Assembly: GCA_000092065.1 (NCBI GenBank)
Contig: CP000586.1
Reading direction: 5' to 3' (one strand)
Length of the DNA: 64,000 nt
Source: Ostreococcus lucimarinus
Taxonomy: Eukaryota
Positions 59,647-64,000 of the stretch are shown here, piece after piece (position 1 is the stretch's first letter; every line of letters starts with the position of its first letter). The notes beneath the pieces were generated by a model. That model was not told the origin of the DNA. It did not search any database and saw only the letters and a program-made list of their open reading frames with translations. The position numbers were made by a program, and so were the translations under genes.

Positions 59647-61701
59647 TCATTTCGCCGCTGAAGCCATCGCGGCTTTCGCGACTTCTATTTCGTCGACAAG
59701 ATACCCCAAGCGACGTTCCAAATAAACCAACTCGTTGTTGAGAATCTTCGATTTTGCTTCCCAATATCTCGCCTCGTCGTAAACACGAGTGGGATGCCAA
59801 CCAAAAATCCTCTCCGCGACGCCACCGAACACGAACTCTGTCGACATTGAGAGCGCGGTGTGGAAAAGTAGCACGCAAACGATTATCAACACGATTCTCG
59901 CTGCACGCGAACAGAAGAAGCACGTCTTCCTCCAAGGGCTGGCCTTCTTGAGATCGATTTCCGGCGCAGCCGAAGTTTGCTGCACGAAGTTTTTAGTGGC
60001 CACAAGCATGCTCCAAACGGCGTCTCGAGATGCGTCCGGGATTCGCAGCTTGCTCACGTCGACGAACTCCGGCACGTCGGAAGGTGCCCTCGCCACTTTC
60101 TGCTTGGGATTAATTTTTCGCATGTAAATCTCGATCATTTTCGCCACCTGCACTTTACTCTCGTCGATAACGCTACTCACGATTAAACCTTTCATCATCG
60201 TCGATTTGGTGAAGATCACCTCGGTACCGACGGAGAGGGCGCACTTTTTGGGCCCGAGTGGACGAAGCACCCAACGCGCTTCGACTCTGAAATAGTCACC
60301 GTAAGGTATGTCAGTTTGAACTTGAGACGTATTCAAGACGAAGACATTGTCATCGTATACGGCGTAACTTTGTGTCTGGTGGCAGCGAGTCGATTTCGGA
60401 CCGAAAGTTTGTCTCACGGGAACGGTGACCACCATCTCTCGAACGCATCCGATGGCTCTCTTCTCGAACCAATCCGTGATTTTCACCTGTGTTTGCTCTA
60501 ACGCTTGCGATATCTTCGGCTGCACATCGTGCCGCGATTTATTTGACCACGCGACGAGAAAGAAGTCCTCCACGGAGCAATCGACATCGCCGCTGTACAG
60601 ATTAATCAGCGACGGCGAATCGCTCGGCGCCTTCCCGGGGAGTCTCGCCAGCGGGATGTTTCCAAAATCTCCGACGATATCTTCAGCGCCGACGCCGTCG
60701 TCGTCGTCGTCGTCGTCGTCATTTTCGATTTCTTGAATCTTCTGTTCTACATTCAAATGCTCCGGTGTGGACTGCTCGCTCTCTTCGCTCGATCGTCTCG
60801 CCGTCGCGACATCCCTCGGCGAATCTTCCGCGGCGTCTTCGACGACGTCCTTGTCATGGTCTTCGTTGTCATACAACTTCGAAAGCCTCTTCACGTTCAT
60901 CGCGTTCAATTTACCGTAATGCGACGCCCGCACCCACTCATGGCAAATCACATTGAACGACTTCTCGGGAAAGATGAATGATGTAAAAAAATCCGTCTTC
61001 CCGTCGTACGTGATTTCGATGGCGTTCGGAAACACCATCGCCGTCTTGGCCCTGTTGATCAGCGTGATCCTGCTGAACGGAATCGTCCTTTTCTTCATGT
61101 ACCCGAACACGTTACTGTAAAAGCACACGTAATTCTCGAACACGTACATCTTCCCTTGCAATAAAATCTTACTGTGCAGCGCGCACATGTAGTCCGCGAC
61201 GAGCGTCTCGTCCTCCGGCACGTTGAAGAGTCGCCTCAACCGCCGTCTCGCCGCCGCGCGTTTCGACGCGCTCTCGTTCGGCGGCGTCTCGACCATCATT
61301 CCGTACGCCTCCACCGCCGCGTCCGCGCGCGCGGCCGTCGACGTCGACGCCCCGTCGTCGTCGAATCCATCGAATCCGCCGATCCCACCGCGCGCGTCCT
61401 CGTCGCTCGCCGTCGACCGCCGTCGCTCGAGCGCCGCCATCAGCGACTCGTCGTCGCGCATCGCGTCGTCGTCGTCCTCGTCGTCGTCGCGCGTCATCGC
61501 GCGCTCGTGTGCGGCGCGCTCGTGTGCGGCGCGTCGCATCGCCGCGCGACGCCGCGCCGTCTCGCGCCTTCGTCGCGACTCCGCGACGATGCTGCGCGCG
61601 GTGACGTCTCGAATCGCGCGCCGCGTCGTCGGCGCGCGCGGCGCGGCGTCGACCGCGGACGCGAGCGGGGTCTGGCGAGGGTACGACGCCGTGCCGGACA
61701 C
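59647..61701 (-). CDS. GRAM-domain plus VASt-domain lipid/sterol transfer protein (Aster/GRAMD1/Lam-like) with a C-terminal transmembrane anchor
   Basis: GRAM: …LVADYMCALHSKILLQGKMYVFENYVCFYSNVFGYMKKRTIPFSRITLINRAK…. VASt-like: …VEDFFLVAWSNKSRHD…. C-terminal helix: IVLIIVCVLLFHTAL. Confidence 0.8.
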   Translation of the reverse strand: MSGTASYPRQTPLASAVDAAPRAPTTRRAIRDVTARSIVAESRRRRETARRRAAMRRAAHERAAHERAMTRDDDEDDDDAMRDDESLMAALERRRSTASDEDARGGIGGFDGFDDDGASTSTAARADAAVEAYGMMVETPPNESASKRAAARRRLRRLFNVPEDETLVADYMCALHSKILLQGKMYVFENYVCFYSNVFGYMKKRTIPFSRITLINRAKTAMVFPNAIEITYDGKTDFFTSFIFPEKSFNVICHEWVRASHYGKLNAMNVKRLSKLYDNEDHDKDVVEDAAEDSPRDVATARRSSEESEQSTPEHLNVEQKIQEIENDDDDDDDDGVGAEDIVGDFGNIPLARLPGKAPSDSPSLINLYSGDVDCSVEDFFLVAWSNKSRHDVQPKISQALEQTQVKITDWFEKRAIGCVREMVVTVPVRQTFGPKSTRCHQTQSYAVYDDNVFVLNTSQVQTDIPYGDYFRVEARWVLRPLGPKKCALSVGTEVIFTKSTMMKGLIVSSVIDESKVQVAKMIEIYMRKINPKQKVARAPSDVPEFVDVSKLRIPDASRDAVWSMLVATKNFVQQTSAAPEIDLKKASPWRKTCFFCSRAARIVLIIVCVLLFHTALSMSTEFVFGGVAERIFGWHPTRVYDEARYWEAKSKILNNELVYLERRLGYLVDEIEVAKAAMASAAK

Positions 61702-61895
61702 GCCCGGTGCGTCGAGCGCGACGCGACGCGACGACGGGGCCTCGACGGGACGCGACGGAAAGCGACCGACGGGACGCGCGACGTTAAAACGACGCGATCG
61801 AACGACGCGCGCGACTGACGACCGAGAGACCCGCAGACGGATTCACCGCGCGATTCGCGGTGTCGGAGACGAACCCGAACGGCGTCGAGGTCATC

Positions 61896-62168
61896 ATGGA
61901 GAAGTGGCGCGCGGGGGCGCGGGAGCCCGCGCACTCGCACCCCGGCGACGACATGACGGTCGTCGTCGAGGGATCTATGGCGGTGCAGTTCTTCACGAAA
62001 TCCGACGATGGGACGCTGGTGAAGGACGGCGCGCCGCTGGTGCTGAAAAAGGGCGACGCGGGGCACATCGCGGGGGGGAGAATACACGACGCGGCGTATC
62101 TGGAGGATTGCAAACTGGTGTACGTGCACGACGGACGATTCGGGTTCGTCGCCGAGGGCGCGGCGTGA
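61896..62168 (+). CDS. Small cupin-fold protein
   Basis: HSHPGDDMTVVVEGSMAV…GHIAGGRIHDAAY resembles the two cupin motifs. The tracked ORF begins at a GTG (61860). The first ATG is at 61896. Confidence 0.45.
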   Translation: MEKWRAGAREPAHSHPGDDMTVVVEGSMAVQFFTKSDDGTLVKDGAPLVLKKGDAGHIAGGRIHDAAYLEDCKLVYVHDGRFGFVAEGAA

Positions 62169-62201
62169 GACCGACGCGCGTCGACGCGGGACGTTAATAT
62201 T

Positions 62202-62230
62202 ATCGATCGATCGATCGATCGATCGATCGT
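62202..62230. repeat. (GATC)7 self-complementary microsatellite, intergenic
   Basis: Read directly between the cupin ORF and the CPBP gene. Confidence 0.85.
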
Positions 62231-62319
62231 CGCGCTCGTTGTTGATTAATATTTATTAACGCGCGTCGCGAGACGAAGACGCCGACGCGGCGATATCCAT
62301 CCGCACACGCGCGCGCGCG

Positions 62320-63135
62320 ATGTCGATCGTCTCGTCGCCGACGCGCGCGGTGGCGCCGCGCGCGCGTCGCACGAACGCGCGCGCGTCGCCCAGACGCGCC
62401 GTCGTCGTCGACGCGCGGCGCGGGCGAAAGAAGACCTCGCGCGAGCTCGACCGCGCGGACGCCGTCGACGACGACGCGATGACGACGGACGACGCGCCCG
62501 CGCTCGCGCGCGTCGGTCGAGACGACGTCCTTCGATCGTGCGCGACGACGTCGATCGGGATGCTGGTCGTCGGCCTGGGCGCGCGCGCGGCGAGCGGGGC
62601 GTTCCCGACGCGAGCGACGCACGGGGACTGGAACGCGGCGCTGCCGCTGCTCGGGGACGACGCCGGCGCGACGGCGGTGGCGGCGCTGTGCGCGGCGGGC
62701 GCGGTGACGGTGGGCAGAATAGCGCTGCTGCAGGTGTGGGACGAGTTCGCGGCGAGCACGGACCGATCGAACGCGCAGGTTTTGGGGGCGCTGGACGGCG
62801 CCGGGGACGTCGCGCAAGTCGCCGTGCTCCCGGCGCTCGGGGAAGAGGTTTTATTTCGAGGCGCGCTGCTTCCCGCGGTCGGAGGGGTGCCGGGGGTGGT
62901 GGTGTCTTCTTTAGTGTTCGGTGCGCTTCACATCGGCGGCGGACGGAGCGCGGCGTTCGGGGTTTGGGCGAGCGCGGTGGGCGCGGTGTACGGCGTCGCG
63001 GCGTTGCACACGCACAGCGTCGCCGCGCCGGCGGCGGCGCACGCGCTGGCTAATATCGCGTCGGCGGTGTACTGGAACGCGACGCGCGCGGAAAAGGTAA
63101 TTGGAGAGAAGAAATGGGAAGGAGAAGATCAGTAG
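62320..63135 (+). CDS. CPBP-family intramembrane metalloprotease (CAAX protease / Abi-like)
   Basis: CPBP motifs: EEVLFRG (EExxxR), then FGALHIGG and a later H in hydrophobic helices (…LHTHSVAAPAAAHALANI…). It has a presequence. Confidence 0.7.
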   Translation: MSIVSSPTRAVAPRARRTNARASPRRAVVVDARRGRKKTSRELDRADAVDDDAMTTDDAPALARVGRDDVLRSCATTSIGMLVVGLGARAASGAFPTRATHGDWNAALPLLGDDAGATAVAALCAAGAVTVGRIALLQVWDEFAASTDRSNAQVLGALDGAGDVAQVAVLPALGEEVLFRGALLPAVGGVPGVVVSSLVFGALHIGGGRSAAFGVWASAVGAVYGVAALHTHSVAAPAAAHALANIASAVYWNATRAEKVIGEKKWEGEDQ

Positions 63136-63182
63136 CGGTGACGGTTTTGTAGTAAGAAGTTGTTGTTTCACAGGACGACGCG

Positions 63183-63947
63183 TCAATCAAAGTGCGGCCG
63201 GCGAGGCGCCGCGCCGGCGGCGTTCTCCCCACCACCTCTATTACCGTTTCGGTACATCGCGCGCGTCTCTTGAAGCACGTTGCGACAAATCATCATATCT
63301 GCGACGAATATCGCAAACATCCCCGCCATCACGGGCACGCACAGCGTCAAGAACAAGATGGCCACGTTGCTCAGTCTCAAATCGCCGTGAAGGTACGCGT
63401 ACGCCTTCTCCCCGATCGCGGGCACCGCGTACAGCAAGCGCAAACCCTTCGAGAACCACACCGCGTGGAAGAATCCGCGTGCTTTCGTCTTTCTATAATC
63501 TTTCCTCGCGAAACTCACGATCGCCGCGACGCTTCGATCGCCGCTCTCGTACTCGTACATTTTCCCATTCTTGAACAGCGCGATGGTCGGGTACGCCTTG
63601 GCGCCTATGCGTTTCAACAGCAACCTATTCTTCGGCCCATCGACGCGACCGACGAAGAGCTCACCCTCGAGTTCGCGCGCCACCTCCCCCCACACCGGTG
63701 CCAACGCGACGCAATGTTTACACCACTCCGCGTACACCTTGACGAGCACCGGCGTCCCTCGTCCCACGACTTCGTCAAAGTTCGTCTCGCTCAGATCCAC
63801 CACCTCACCGTCCGGGCCGTGTCGATCAAACCGCGCCTTCGCCACCGCCGTCGCGTCTCCGCTCGCGCGCGTCCCTCGCGCGCCGAACCCGAGCAGACAC
63901 CCCGCGCACGTCAGCGCCATCATCGTCACCGTCGTCACCGTCGTCAC
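63183..63947 (-). CDS. Thioredoxin-domain transmembrane protein (TMX-like; WCKHC active site)
   Basis: Signal peptide, then a thioredoxin fold with …VKVYAEWCKHCVALAPVW…, then a C-terminal helix AILFLTLCVPVMAGMFAIFVA. The N-terminal TVTTVTMM is encoded by a GTCACC-type repeat. Confidence 0.8.
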   Translation of the reverse strand: MTTVTTVTMMALTCAGCLLGFGARGTRASGDATAVAKARFDRHGPDGEVVDLSETNFDEVVGRGTPVLVKVYAEWCKHCVALAPVWGEVARELEGELFVGRVDGPKNRLLLKRIGAKAYPTIALFKNGKMYEYESGDRSVAAIVSFARKDYRKTKARGFFHAVWFSKGLRLLYAVPAIGEKAYAYLHGDLRLSNVAILFLTLCVPVMAGMFAIFVADMMICRNVLQETRAMYRNGNRGGGENAAGAAPRRPHFD

Positions 63948-64000
63948 CGTCCTCGCTCGCCGCGCGCGGTGCCGCCCCCTCGCGCCATCGCTCGCGCGTC

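Noticed and set aside
61860-61895. The GTG-initiated start of the cupin ORF as given in the track
   Set aside because: The track appears to accept GTG starts. The first ATG (61896) gives a complete small cupin. Which start is used cannot be decided from sequence alone.
1-64000. A prokaryote-type defence or mobile system (CRISPR, restriction-modification, toxin-antitoxin, prophage or transposon) suggested by the prompt
   Set aside because: Every confidently identified gene is a typical eukaryotic or organelle-targeted nuclear gene. There are no repeat-spacer arrays, no transposase or integrase-like ORFs, no terminal inverted repeats and no compositional island. The bacterial-type genes (sigma factor, LpxC, uL13, MnmG, RibA) all carry eukaryotic presequences.

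Overview
This window is very GC-rich, gene-dense and almost intron-free. It looks like nuclear DNA from a plastid-bearing eukaryote, and specifically a green alga of the compact prasinophyte or picoalgal type. The evidence for that lineage is a run of typical genes: an AP2 transcription factor, a PPR protein, a RUS/DUF647 protein, a nuclear-encoded plastid sigma-70 factor, plastid or mitochondrion-targeted RibA, LpxC, bacterial-type ribosomal protein L13 and MnmG/MTO1, and proteins with bipartite thylakoid-lumen presequences. I support about 40 protein-coding genes. Almost all are single exon. Intergenic spacers run from roughly 15 to 500 bp. Many genes have N-terminal extensions that are R/A/S/D-rich or encoded by tandem repeats. 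I also found one tRNA-Thr(UGU) followed by a Pol III T-run, and several microsatellites and GC-rich tandem repeats. The recognisable proteins include RAPTOR, the WASH-complex subunit strumpellin, CCT-delta, HEATR6, NOSIP, NDUFAF7, IMP 5'-nucleotidase (ISN1), a GRAM/VASt sterol-transfer protein, a thioredoxin TMX-like protein, ribosomal protein S12e, a DEAD-box helicase, two SET-domain proteins, a Ser/Thr kinase and an F-box/kelch protein. I see no CRISPR array, transposon, prophage or prokaryote-style defence island. The most unusual items are these. First, an Hsp70 that lacks its C-terminal lid and EEVD tail but carries an N-terminal Hop-TPR1-like domain, the kind that normally binds EEVD. 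Second, a Tat-type lumen-targeted ORF and a transit-peptide kinase sit in the same reading frame, separated only by TAG-ATG. Third, an AP2 protein whose second AP2 repeat is cut off by a stop that is immediately followed by GGTGAG. Fourth, a strumpellin gene in a green-lineage genome. Fifth, a small lumen-targeted single-helix protein of unknown identity with a perfect 14-bp hairpin in its 3' region. The long antisense 'ORFs' in the track are artefacts of GC bias. I counted nothing, so all composition statements are by eye.
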